A DNA stretch of 62,923 nucleotides, filler included, from Octopus bimaculoides (lineage: Eukaryota): assembly GCF_001194135.2 (NCBI RefSeq). It is 4 parts of 4 records of this genome, joined end to end, with 100 filler letters (N's around TTAATTAATTAA, not from the genome) between each part and the next. Parts side by side here need not be neighbours in the genome. Positions count along the whole stretch, not along the records: positions 1 to 25,254 come from NC_068996.1; 3 more parts are not named here. One strand, given 5' to 3'. A program made the translations under genes and the position numbers. The notes beneath the pieces were generated by a model, which was given only the letters and a program-made list of their open reading frames with translations, did no database searches and was not told the DNA's origin. Below, one piece after another: positions 1 through 11,774 of the stretch; positions within the stretch are counted from its first letter, which is position 1; every line of letters starts with the position of its first letter.

Positions 1-105
1 CATACATACATACATACATACATGTATACATACATACATGCATGCATGCATACATACATACATACATACATGCATACATAACATACACACATACATACAT
101 AACAT

Positions 106-136
<31 letters not shown>

Positions 137-181
137 TACATGCATACGTACGTACATACATACATACATACATACATGTAT

Positions 182-234
<53 letters not shown>
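1..234. repeat. (CATA)n/(CA)n compound microsatellite
   Basis: Directly visible tandem repeats; the HTYI/HTHT ORFs derive from it. Confidence 0.98.
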
Positions 235-237
<3 letters not shown>

Positions 238-559
238 GAGGAATATCCGAAAAGCAACTTGTCTCTTCCAAATAGTTCTTTGGTTCTTTGCTCTGAAGCG
301 GGTTTTTATTCATTTTTTTATTTAATGCGTCCCGGAATGTGTTTCTCTCCTATTCCCTCGGAAACTCACCGATGGTTACTACGGTCAGTCCACGGTTACT
401 ACGGATCCAAGCATATGTTTTAAGTATACTGTTCGTTGTCCTTGAAGAGTGTTCCGCACTGTGATTGCCTTCAGCGGATATTTTCCTCGGTGTGATACTA
501 CTACAAACCATACAGAGAGGACCTTTCTAAATTGTTTAAAAAAAGTTCATACAAACACG

Positions 560-730
560 TTGCTCTTCCAAATTCTTCGCAATACTAATTCTCATCTCAG
601 CATTTGGCCACGATTATATTCAGTGCATGCTGGAGATCACCTGATAACCCAAGTAGCACCATGTCATCTGCAAATATCAGCCGACCGATTCTGCCCCCAC
701 CGACTGTGATACGACGCGTTATTCCAGTTA
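560..730 (-). mobile_element. LINE (RTE-like) reverse transcriptase remnant
   Basis: Minus-strand translation ITVGGGRIGRLIFADDMVLLGLSGDLQHALNIIVAKC contains the RT FADD motif and continues after a frameshift as AEMRISIAK, resembling RTE-type GMRIS. Confidence 0.8.
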
Positions 731-1027
731 ATAAAAAAAAACAACAAATATGGCAAGGAGAGGCGTCAATATGGACTCCTGACGAAGGCCAACACTCACG
801 TTGAAAGGTTTCGATCTGTGACCATTTACTCGAACACAGGTGACTAGTGTGTATATATACAATGTATATATATAGTTTTAGAGAAAAGAACCAAAGTTCG
901 TGAACTAATCCATGAAAATCCACAATCACATATAGAAAAAATTAATAAGTAAATACACGATAAATTAGTATAATAAAAACAAAGTAAAAATCATAAGATA
1001 AAGATAATAAAAGAATATATATATCCC

Positions 1028-1060
<33 letters not shown>

Positions 1061-2039
1061 NNNNNNNNNNNNNNNNNNNNNNNNNNNNNNNNNNNNNNNN
1101 NNNNCAACCATTTAAATTTCTCACAAAATCATGTTATTTGTTCTGCAAAAGTTTTCGTAATGCTTTATTTTGAAAAACTCTAAAAAAAAGAAAAGACAAT
1201 TAACTATAATTAGATTATTATCTCCTGGCTATTTTCTATATACTGAAACAGGTCTCACAAAAAAAAAATCGTTCCACTGTTCCTGTCGTTATCTACGAGT
1301 TTAGATATATTAAAAAAAAAAAAGCTGGCATCGACTTTCGTACTCGTTTAATTTACATATTCAAATTTCACATTTCAAAATTTACATTTAACAAAAGATT
1401 ATCACCAACCCTCAACAAACACATTACTGCAAGAAAATATCGACTTTAAACTTCGAGACTGAATTTAGTCACAACATTTCAACCATTTGCCTATATAGAA
1501 ATGTTTTTTGTATTTTTGTACCTATATCTTACCTGTCAGGTCGCTTAACGAAGGTATGACAGATAATTACTAGTGCTTGATACTTCACAGATAAATGTTA
1601 GCTACTCCTGTATATGTCAATAACTGATTTATTTAATATAAATGACCACGTATTTGTTAATTTCTATGTCTGAGAAATTTATTTCTCTACTGAACCAGCT
1701 GATCAAACTCCATTTGACATTTCTTATGCATATTCCGCCCTTTCTCCTTTGAAAATATGATTTCTATTCTGGTAACAGGTGTGTTGAAAAAAAGAGTTGA
1801 ATGAAAGATAGTATTTATTTGCTCCATTTTTATGAAATAAAATTGACTTGAAACACCAGATTGGAATGAGTGTTGGGAAAGGTGTGCCTTACAGACGACT
1901 GTTCTTTTTCCATAGAAACTGGTCTCAATTCCTGCGTCAATTCTCAGAAGGACGCCCTGTGACTCTGTTCTTGTCTCAGCGTCTTCACTTCCTGTCTTGG
2001 TCTTTATTCTTGCGCTTCAGTTGAACTCAAACGTAAACT

Positions 2040-2420
2040 TCAGTTTCAACTTCAATGCCCGATTCGCACTCCATTCATAGCTCAGCTCAACTTTCACCTC
2101 ATCTCAATTCTCACCTCAACTCTTGCCTCACCTCAAATCTCGACTCTTGCTTCACCTCAACTCGCGCCTCAACTCAACTCTCACCTCAACTCTTGCCTCA
2201 CCTCAAATCTCGCCTCACCTCGACTCTTGCTTGACCTCAACTCGCGCCTCACCTCAACTCTCATCTCACCTCGCGCCTCACTCCAACTCAACTCTCGCCT
2301 CACTTCAGCTCCTGCTTCAACTCGTGTCCCAGGCTCAACTCTGCTCCGGTCTCAACTCATGCCTCAACTTCTGTCCCGGCCTCAATTTTTGCTTCAATTT
2401 AAACTCCTGTTTCAGCTTCG
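2040..2420. repeat. Degenerate CTCAA/CTCAC-rich minisatellite
   Basis: Repeated ctcaactc/ctcacctc units; the minus strand gives broken E/V-rich peptide repeats. Confidence 0.75.
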
Positions 2421-2964
2421 TATGCTGCTTTAAATTATTTTCAATCCTGTCTTTGACTCAATTTCTCTGAAACTACCCCTCTGCTTTGGTACATTTCAAT
2501 ATATTTCCTAGCAAGTCTAGTTTTCCAACGATCTCTATGGAAAAGAACAGAAGCTGCCACCAGATGGGTTTTCATTAATAAATAAATAATCAAAATAAAA
2601 TTAAAACAGGTAACAAAAGAGCCAGAAATGTGCATTCCAGTCTGATCACATGTTCAATGTCCCCTGCAACAAACGAAAAGCTATTACGCTACAAATAACG
2701 CACTATTTGTACACTGTAGCCATTCGTGCTTTTTTTTTCTGTCTTTTCAGAAACAGCTTTCTCTTATGTCTCAAGCTACTGCTATCTATAACCTTCGGAT
2801 GATCTCTACTCAACAGTCACTCAACTCCTCTATCACGGCTAGACTACCTCTATTTATATGTCTTGAGCGATCCTACTTCTTCGCTTGGGGGCGTCGACAC
2901 AACACTGTTTATTTATGAAAGTCAGCAACTTCCTCATCGTTTCACTTGTTTGAACTAAGATTCA

Positions 2965-3300
2965 CTCGATACTGAAAAGTATTGGACAAGCTGCAAAGGA
3001 GAGAAAAGATGTTGCCAGAAGCTGCTGAGAAAACAAGTCATGACATCTGGAGAGAGAGTGAGAAAGAGAGGACGAGTGATGCGTCAAAACAAGCATTGAG
3101 GATGGTAGAAATACCTAACCCCGAGTTACAGGATCTGACTCAACAAAGTTCATATTCTGTGGGAATTTTGTCGCCTACATCGGTGGGTGACTACGGGCAA
3201 CTCTGGCGCCACGGGAGATGAGGTTGCAGAGCTGCTTCACCGCCTGATGAGACGTCGACTCCTGCATTCCGAGAAGGAGTACAGCAACACGCTCGACACA
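2965..3300 (+). mobile_element. HERO/NeSL-like non-LTR retrotransposon 3' end (degenerate copy)
   Basis: EAAEKTSHDIWRE matches the C-terminal AEKASxWIW motif of RLE-type elements; the downstream DNA is homologous to 19400-19740. Confidence 0.7.
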
Positions 3301-3859
3301 TACGTATTTACCTGAAATAATTGGAACTTAAGTTTTGTGCAAATTTCTGACAACGGGGAATACGAAACAATTAGAAGACAATATAACACAAGTTCAGTTA
3401 CATTTTAATTCTATGAAAAAAATGCATGAACTGTAAACATTTTTTTCTGAAACTCTATAATTCTTCCACATAAACAATTCAGCGCTACCCGTACAAGATT
3501 AGAATTTTTAACTTCTATGCTTTGTTGGAAATTTGGATTGTTTCTTTTTTAATTCGCTTCCAGGTATGGGTTACTTCACTAAAAATTCAGTTGGTAAGCC
3601 TGGTTGCAGAGTTCCTTCTTCTCCATTTGAATAACCCACTTGCAACTATTAACTCGTTAAGGTTCTCATAGATGAGTGTTTCCTCATAAACAAGCGCAAT
3701 AAATTCTGGATTTCACCTATGTTACCTCGTTTCTTGCTGACTGAGAATGTTTCATTCTCTTTCTTAACTGCATTTGGATAAAAAAAAACATTTTCGAAAT
3801 CCCAATGACATATACGTGCCTTTTAATACTTCTTATTGCTTGCAAAATGAATATGAAGA

Positions 3860-3934
3860 ATACATACATAACATACATACATACATGAATACATACATAC
3901 ATACATACATACATATACACACACACACACACAC

Positions 3935-3965
<31 letters not shown>

Positions 3966-4175
3966 CACACACACACACACACATACATACATACATACAT
4001 ACATATACACACACACATACATACATACATACATACATACATACATACATTCATACATACATACACATATCTACCTACCTACCTACCTACCTACCTACTT
4101 ACCTACCTACCTACATACATACATACATACATACATACATACATACACAAATACACATGCACGCTGACGCACACA
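3860..4175. repeat. (CATA)n/(CA)n/(CCTA)n microsatellite
   Basis: Directly visible. Confidence 0.97.
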
Positions 4176-5619
4176 CATGCACACAAACAGACAAAAAAGA
4201 CGCAGCTCCAATAACGGACAGAGTCAACATCCATTGACAAGATTGCAAAAACATCGAAAGTTTTGAAAGAAAAATATAAATAATGAAAGCAAAAAGGCAT
4301 TGGAGGGACGATGCATACCCTCGCAAATTATAATGTGGCTTACAATGCGTTGCTTATCCATGCTTTTTAATTGAACTGAGTTAAGTTTTTTTTTAAGTAT
4401 CACCACTATAGGTATTTATAAACCAGTGAAATTAAGAAAACAAGCCGTAAATAAATGAAACCCTCGAATCCATCACTGTACACACACAGCCGCATATGTA
4501 TGTATGTACGCACACATGTCTACGTGCATAGGTACACCATGATCTATACATACGCAGACGAGGGTCGATTCGCATGAAAAAGAAAGTGAACAAAATAATA
4601 TGACCACTTGCTTATCGGGAAATTTGTAAGTTCGATTTTTTTTTTTCCTTTTTAAAAATAATCAAACCAAATGTTCACCATTTCGATCCACTCACCCAAT
4701 GAGTATTTCTACCAAATATGGTGAAAATCCGTTCAGCCGTTTTCCAGTAATTTTGCAAACACACAGATAAACAGATAAAGACGAGTGATTACAATACCCT
4801 GCTTTCGCTTACACATGCTGGATAATAAATGAGTGGAAATCGAACCGGTGAGTATGTTAGATAATAAGGCATTAAGAGAATATGACTCTCCCCTGACGCA
4901 ACAAAATTTGAAAAATGTAACTTTTGCAGAATTCTTTGACGAACTAGTGTTCACCATCAGGCATGTTATTCTAAGATTGTGTCTTGAAAACGAAAATAAC
5001 TCCATCTTTTATAAGGTACTGAAATTGTGTTTGATGGAATGAAAATTACTGTAAAATGTAGAAACATTTTGTGTGAATCGAGATTTGAAGGATGACCTGG
5101 AGGGTTCCACACAAAATTGTACACTTAACAAAAGTTTTAGTTTTAGCGAGCAGAAGAACTTTACTGCCATCAAAGATTTCCATGTTTGAAATGCAAAAAG
5201 GAATAAAATAATAAAAATAAAGATAAAGGAGTAGGCGAAAACCTCAGAATCTCAGTGTAAACTATGAGTATACAAGTGCTACGACGGTATCACCAGCAAG
5301 CAGACACAGGAGAACGTCCAGATGCACTGAATTTAGTTAACAGTAAGCGCAACCACAAGATGACCTTTTTCACATGTCCAAATGTATCTATAGACGTAAT
5401 CGATAGCTGTTACTACTGCTGGAAACAAAGTGAAGATTGTAATGATACTTGTGTATAAAGTGCGATATTACATTGTAGTGAAACATGGACGTTGGGTTTC
5501 GGTGAGGATGTAAGTAAAATGCTGAGAAATAGCCATGGCTAGTTGGATATTTGATGTCAGTGTGAGTGATTGACGAAGCAAAACTGAGTTGAAGGGGAGA
5601 AAAAAAAAGAGTCTAGACA

Positions 5620-5733
5620 GTGGGTTCAGTCCTACTGTGCAGCACCTTGGAGAAGGGTCTTCTACTATAGCTCCGGGCCGACCGAAACTTTGCTGGCTGA
5701 TTTGATAGATGGAAATTGTGTGGAATCCCGTCG

Positions 5734-5767
<34 letters not shown>

Positions 5768-5990
5768 GCGGGGGTATCTATACGCGCGCGTGTCTGTGTC
5801 TCCCATCACTGATTGACAACCGATGTCGGTATGTTTACGTCTCCGTAACTTAGCGGTTCGACAAAAGACACCGATAGTAAAATAGAATAAGTAGTGGGAT
5901 CGATTTGTTCGACTACAACCCTTCAAGGCAATGTCCCAGCATGGCCACAGTCTCGCGATTGAAACAAGTGAAAGGTAAAAAGTAAAACGA
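5620..5990 (+). mobile_element. tRNA-derived SINE, family A
   Basis: B-box-like GGGTTCAGTCC head, internal (TA)/(TG) microsatellite, shared right arm and (GTAAAA)-type tail; homologous to 30567-30970, 42375-42790 and 44468-44850. Confidence 0.85.
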
Positions 5991-6415
5991 AAAGGAAACT
6001 AAGAGAAGAGGCGATAATAGCAGAGATATGTGAGACATTCGGTGGATGGCAACAGATTAAAAAAAAAAAGAACAGAACAGAACAAGAAAAAAAAGCACCA
6101 AGGTGATCCACCAGGAAGTAACCTGGAGAAAAGGTAGCTAGAAATAAAACAGAAGCAATAACAAAAAAAAAAATATATACAAATTTGGAAACGCCACGTC
6201 CAACCCAAACTAGGACCAAAAAGCGTAAACAGGCAAAACAATGGCGATAATGAAGAGGAGAAGGAGGAGGAAGAGGTGGAAATGACGATGACGGGGGGGA
6301 TGATGATGATGATGATCATGGAAACGATGATGGTAATATGTCTGTATTACACACAAGCCCAACGCATATTTACATAGAAACACGTTATGTCTATGTGCGT
6401 GTGTGCGTGCGTGTA

Positions 6416-6447
<32 letters not shown>

Positions 6448-6868
6448 NNNNNNNNNNNNNNNNNNNNNNNNNNNNNNNNNNNNNNNNNNNNNNNNNNNNN
6501 NNNNNNNNNNNNNNNNNNNNNNNNNNNNNNNNNNNNNNNNNNNNNNNNNNNNNNNNNNNNNNNNNNNNNNNNNNNNNNNNNNNNNNNNNNNNNNNNNNNN
6601 NNNNNNNNNNNNNNNNNNNNNNNNNNNNNNNNNNNNNNNNNNNNNNNNNNNNNNNNNNNNNNNNNNNNNNNNNNNNNNNNNNNNNNNNNNNNNNNNNNNN
6701 NNNNNNNNNNNNNNNNNNNNNNNNNNNNNNNNNNNNNNNNNNNNNNNNNNNNNNNNNNNNNNNNNNNNNNNNNNNNNNNNNNNNNNNNNNNNNNNNNNNN
6801 NNNNNNNNNNNNNNNNNNNNNNNNNNNNNNNNNNNNNNNNNNNNNNNNNNNNNNNNNNNNNNNNNNNN

Positions 6869-7005
6869 ACCACCACCACCACCACCGTCATCACACCACC
6901 TCGTTAATGCTGGTGGTAACAGCTTACATTTCTCCCCCAAAACCAACCCACCCAACGTTCCGCCCGTTAAAGCACGCGCACCGCACCCCACCCAGCTTTG
7001 GACAG
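6869..7005 (+). CDS. Candidate exon 3' part (5' end lost in N gap), product unidentified
   Basis: Non-repetitive and GC-richer; open in two frames (PPPPPPSSHHLVNAGGNSLHFSPKTNPPNVPPVKARAPHPTQLWT or HHHHHRHHTTSLMLVVTAYISPPKPTHPTFRPLKHAHRTPPSFGQ); followed by the consensus donor CAG|GTGAGT. No recognisable domain. Confidence 0.3.
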
Positions 7006-7386
7006 GTGAGTCATTTTCTTAATTACTTACCAACCTAATGTATGGGTAGGGTTGTGTATGCTATGGCAAGGTGATATGGTGTGTTGTAGCACTGTATTCT
7101 TTCAAGGTATTGGTGGGGTGGAGCTGGGGGTGGGGTAATAGTGGAACAGCAAAATGTGACAGCAGTTCTCTTTACATACGTACATGCATACATTCATACA
7201 TAAACATATACATATACACAAACACACATGCATACACACTCACACACATGTGTGTGTGTGTCATTATTCAATTTATTTCAAGATTTCTTACCATACAGAA
7301 ACAGCCATTTTCTAGCCTAGATCCAACGTTCCTTCATTGGAATTTCAACATCAACAACAGGATATGTATGTATGTATGTATGTATG

Positions 7387-8780
7387 CATTCACGCATGTA
7401 GGTTTTGCCTTATGTATGTATTCTCACGCATATAATTGCATATCTAGACATGCTAATATATATATTCAAATGATAAACTTCTGGAAAGTTTTACAGTTCC
7501 AGTGATGGAAAGAATCTGTAGTCTTCGAATTAACTTTATCCTTTCTGGTTTTGAGAAGCCTAATATCTCAAGATTGGTATTTCGGTAGTATGTCACATAT
7601 CCCAGTGTCCCAATAGTTACAAGTATGTACCTGAGCTTGTAATCTGGATAGAGTAACTGTAGATTTCTCAACAGTTCAGCGTAGGTATTCTCTTTTCCAA
7701 TGATCTTCAGCTTTATGTTAACATCCGCTGGGCAGCTGATTTCCATAACTGTGCATAGTTTCTTTTCTCTTTCCCAGATCATTATATCAGGTCTATTGTG
7801 TTTACATTTTATTGGGGTTTTCATTGGGATATTCCACCGATATTCCCTTTTATTATGAGAGGCTATGGCTTCTACCATACTTGCGGGTTCTTATTTCTTT
7901 GTCCCCGGGCTTATCCTTCCGACGGATTTCATTATAAAATGTCCTAGCTACAACATCATGTCTCATCGGTAAATAATACCGTGATGACATTTTCGGACAA
8001 TTGCTTATGATGTGGGTGATATCTTCAGTGTGAACTCCACAAAGTCTGCATCGGTTGTCACATTGTATTGTCTTTTCCTGCATCTCTATCCCTTTTGTGA
8101 ATCTGGTACTTGGTTGATATTTCCTGTTCCTGGATTGCAAACGCAAACCCTTCAAAGTGAAAGGTACTAATCCGGCTGTTAGTCTATGATAAACTGCTTT
8201 GTTGATCGATGTTACTATCATTACGGAGCTTTCTGCTAACATATCCATACATAGTCTTCTGCTCATGTAGGCTCATCCTTTCATCTGATGATATGTTGCG
8301 GCAAAGTTGTGCAACTTCTTTGGGCATGTATTCTAGGTTATCAGACAAAGAGTGTTGCTCAAGGAGCTGCCTTCCAAATTATATGATGTTATCAGCCTCA
8401 TGTATGCAGAATTGGCCAAGGGATTGCACTTTGACACTTGGTGGTTAAAAGATGTTGTCGAAGGGATATGATGCGACATTCAAAGGCATTTTGGATCGGT
8501 GTTAAGTCCCTGCCCCCTTGTTTTCAGTTTAGGTGGTGGCGGTCTACGTCACTGTTTATGTGGAAATTATGTGTGCCTGTTACTATTTTTCGGGTTTTCA
8601 CATTAATGGCTCGGATCTCATCAAGCGTCCAATCAAGCAACCCAAATGTTGGTATGAGTACTAGCACTGCAAACACCATTGTGGGCCACTGTTTTATTGA
8701 ATGCAGAGAGTTCTGAGGTCCAAATTTTCTTTATTCGGCTGTAATATTCTTTAGTGAGACGTGTTTTGTTACAGGTAAGA
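7387..8780 (-). mobile_element. R4/Dong-clade non-LTR retrotransposon, 5'-truncated and frameshifted
   Basis: RT C-terminus (YYSRIKKIWTSELSAFNK), CCHC knuckle CRLCGVHTEDITHIISNCPKMSSRYYLPMRHDVVAR, and restriction-like endonuclease RPDIMIWEREKKLCTVMEISCPADVNI...K...Y. Confidence 0.9.
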
Positions 8781-8909
8781 TATGTGCATGTATGTATGTA
8801 TGTATGTATGTATGTATGTATGTATGTATGAGTGTGTGTATGTATGTGTGTGTATGTATGTATGTATGTATGTATGTATGTATGTATGTATGTATGTATG
8901 TGTGTATAT

Positions 8910-9055
8910 ATGTTTGTACAGATTTGTATGTTTTATATATGCATTCTCATGCATATACTAGCATATCTAGACATGCTCATATATACTTAAATGATGAACT
9001 TCTGGAAAGTTTTACAGGTTTTTACAGTTCCAGTGATGGATTGGATCTGTAGTCT
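8910..9055 (-). mobile_element. Second, short 3'-terminal copy of the R4/Dong-like element
   Basis: Aligns to about 7400-7525 (gcatatctagacatgct...ttctggaaagttttacag...ttccagtgatgga...atctgtagtct). Confidence 0.85.
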
Positions 9056-9360
9056 GATGTTTTCAAAAGATACCATTCACACACTACCATGTGTGAATAA
9101 TATTCTTAAGGTCAACATTTACTCATTCGCGACCACTTCTAGGCTTTGTCACTAAAACAGTTTTTTTTTTACCAAATTTGATGATGTTTATACTTTTCAG
9201 ATTGGTCACCTCCTAACCTACATTTTGAACTACAAAATTTGGAATTTGGTTCAGTAAGGAAAAAGTTAAGCTTTCAAATATGTGAGGTCAAAAAGGGGAG
9301 ACTTACGTCTGAAATCGACTTCAGGGATATACACGTGACGCTGCATATATACTTTCGTAA

Positions 9361-9409
<49 letters not shown>

Positions 9410-9639
9410 AACAAACAAGCAAACAATGCACACACACATGCTCATACACATAAGTAACTTTTAAAACGCCCATGAAGGGAAACAAAGGTGAGTGTGACGA
9501 ATACATAACGTTAAGGAGAGGTGGGAGTAACTTGATAACAATTGATGACAAGTGGACTCTTTACTGCTGTCCTTTTTAAATGAACACACACACACAGACA
9601 CACACATGCATACATACATACATACATGCATACATACAT

Positions 9640-9857
9640 GATGGCTGCCCCCTCGTTATCGAGTATGGCCATTGCACGAAGCTTAACTTAACGGTGCTGT
9701 GATCGAATGTGACTTTTTAGCCCAGCCAAAGATCTACAATGTCTTGCACAGAATTGGCATCCAAAACCTTTACTGGCAATAGCTGGCTGTTGTTGTAATT
9801 GGGCTCCATGTACCATTGCGTGTCGTTTAAGTCCTCCTGCTGAATCACACTCCCTTC
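9640..9857 (-). mobile_element. RTE/BovB-like LINE 3' end with C-terminal C2H2-like zinc fingers
   Basis: ECDSAGGLKRHAMVHG...CQFCARHCRSLAGLKSHIRSQH*, a short 3'UTR, then a (TATG)n tail; homologous to 18362-18600. Confidence 0.8.
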
Positions 9858-10789
9858 NNNNNNNNNNNNNNNNNNNNNNNNNNNNNNNNNNNNNNNNNNN
9901 NNNNNNNNNNNNNNNNNNNNNNNNNNNNNNNNNNNNNNNNNNNNNNNNNNNNNNNNNNNNNNNNNNNNNNNNNNNNNNNNNNNNNNNNNNNNNNNNNNNN
10001 NNNNNNNNNNNNNNNNNNNNNNNNNNNNNNNNNNNNNNNNNNNNNNNNNNNNNNNNNNNNNNNNNNNNNNNNNNNNNNNNNNNNNNNNNNNNNNNNNNNN
10101 NNNNNNNNNNNNNNNNNNNNNNNNNNNNNNNNNNNNNNNNNNNNNNNNNNNNNNNNNNNNNNNNNNNNNNNNNNNNNNNNNNNNNNNNNNNNNNNNNNNN
10201 NNNNNNNNNNNNNNNNNNNNNNNNNNNNNNNNNNNNNNNNNNNNNNNNNNNNNNNNNNNNNNNNNNNNNNNNNNNNNNNNNNNNNNNNNNNNNNNNNNNN
10301 NNNNNNNNNNNNNNNNNNNNNNNNNNNNNNNNNNNNNNNNNNNNNNNNNNNNNNNNNNNNNNNNNNNNNNNNNNNNNNNNNNNNNNNNNNNNNNNNNNNN
10401 NNNNNNNNNNNNNNNNNNNNNNNNNNNNNNNNNNNNNNNNNNNNNNNNNNNNNNNNNNNNNNNNNNNNNNNNNNNNNNNNNNNNNNNNNNNNNNNNNNNN
10501 NNNNNNNNNNNNNNNNNNNNNNNNNNNNNNNNNNNNNNNNNNNNNNNNNNNNNNNNNNNNNNNNNNNNNNNNNNNNNNNNNNNNNNNNNNNNNNNNNNNN
10601 NNNNNNNNNNNNNNNNNNNNNNNNNNNNNNNNNNNNNNNNNNNNNNNNNNNNNNNNNNNNNNNNNNNNNNNNNNNNNNNNNNNNNNNNNNNNNNNNNNNN
10701 NNNNNNNNNNNNNNNNNNNNNNNNNNNNNNNNNNNNNNNNNNNNNNNNNNNNNNNNNNNNNNNNNNNNNNNNNNNNNNNNNNNNNNNAT

Positions 10790-11213
10790 AGCTTGTGGTT
10801 TCCTGCAACTGTAGATGAAATACAGGCATTTTTTGCCATAAATATTATTATGGGTATTAGACAGTTACCCAGAATAACAAATTACTGGAGCGATCAGGAA
10901 CCTTTTGGCGATGAATATATTTCCAGTATTATGAACGAGTACGATTCGTGAAGCTGAACCAATATTTACATGTGAGAGACACTAGCAGTACCCTCCCCCC
11001 CAGTACGTGGAGAACTTTCAGACAAAAATTATGCAACAGAATTGATTAAGAACCCTTTCTTTAATTATGTTCCAAATATCACATTAATATGTTGATAAAT
11101 AAAAAAGTTACAGGTGTTTAATGAGACTAGTCTAAATTTATGATTATTTTAGAATTTAATTGAAACTCATGAGGGGTATATTTTGGTCAGAAATATAGGA
11201 ACGAAAGGGTTAA
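10790..11213 (+). mobile_element. piggyBac transposase remnant and right terminus
   Basis: VDEIQAFFAINIIMGIRQLPRITNYWSDQEPFGDEYISSIM then, after a frameshift, RVRFVKLNQYLHVRD, a typical piggyBac segment; ends in AAAGGG-TTAA (11204-11213). Confidence 0.85.
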
Positions 11214-11774
11214 ACAAACGAAAGCAAAACATTACGACGACGAAAGTTATAAGAACTGAAGTTTTAACAAGTCTTTGATTTGCTTTTAAACTTTAGTTCA
11301 ATATTAAGTGTAACAGAATTTAGATTATTATTTCTTTGGGGAATTTGACAAGGTTTTTGCTTTTAAATAGTATGATTGGCTCTTCAGAGTAGCAGGATTT
11401 AGATTTGGAGGTGGGGGGCAAATTGACAAGAACAATAGCTGAATTGCAGGCTTCACCTCTATTTTGCATAAATTTCGACCAACAAACTAACTTTGCCCTA
11501 ACAAGGGTAGGTGGCTCCTCCTGCCTTGCGGTGGATGCATTAGCTATTTTTGAATTTTTAAAATCATTTTTATATTAGCCAATGCAACGAAACCCTGTCC
11601 ACATAACTTTTTCTTGTTTTTAGAATTTAAGAAAAAATATGTGAAAATTAAAAAAAAACACAACATAAAATTCTTATTTTAATTCAATCATCAACAATGA
11701 AAAATAATTCAAATATTTTTTAACATAAGAATATTTATTAGTTTTATTGTATTGCCTGGAAAAAAAAAGTGGTT

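Noticed and set aside
770-830. CTGACGA...GAAA resembling a hammerhead
   Set aside because: No stem II between the core segments and no NUH with stem I pairing.
1528-1610. Minus-strand AG...GTAAG bounded 75-nt segment
   Set aside because: Stop codons in all three frames.
9688-10839. C2H2 zinc-finger host gene suggested by the ORF track
   Set aside because: The ORF is mostly N; the real part is an RTE C-terminus with retroelement 3'UTR and tail, and a homologous copy exists at 18.4 kb.
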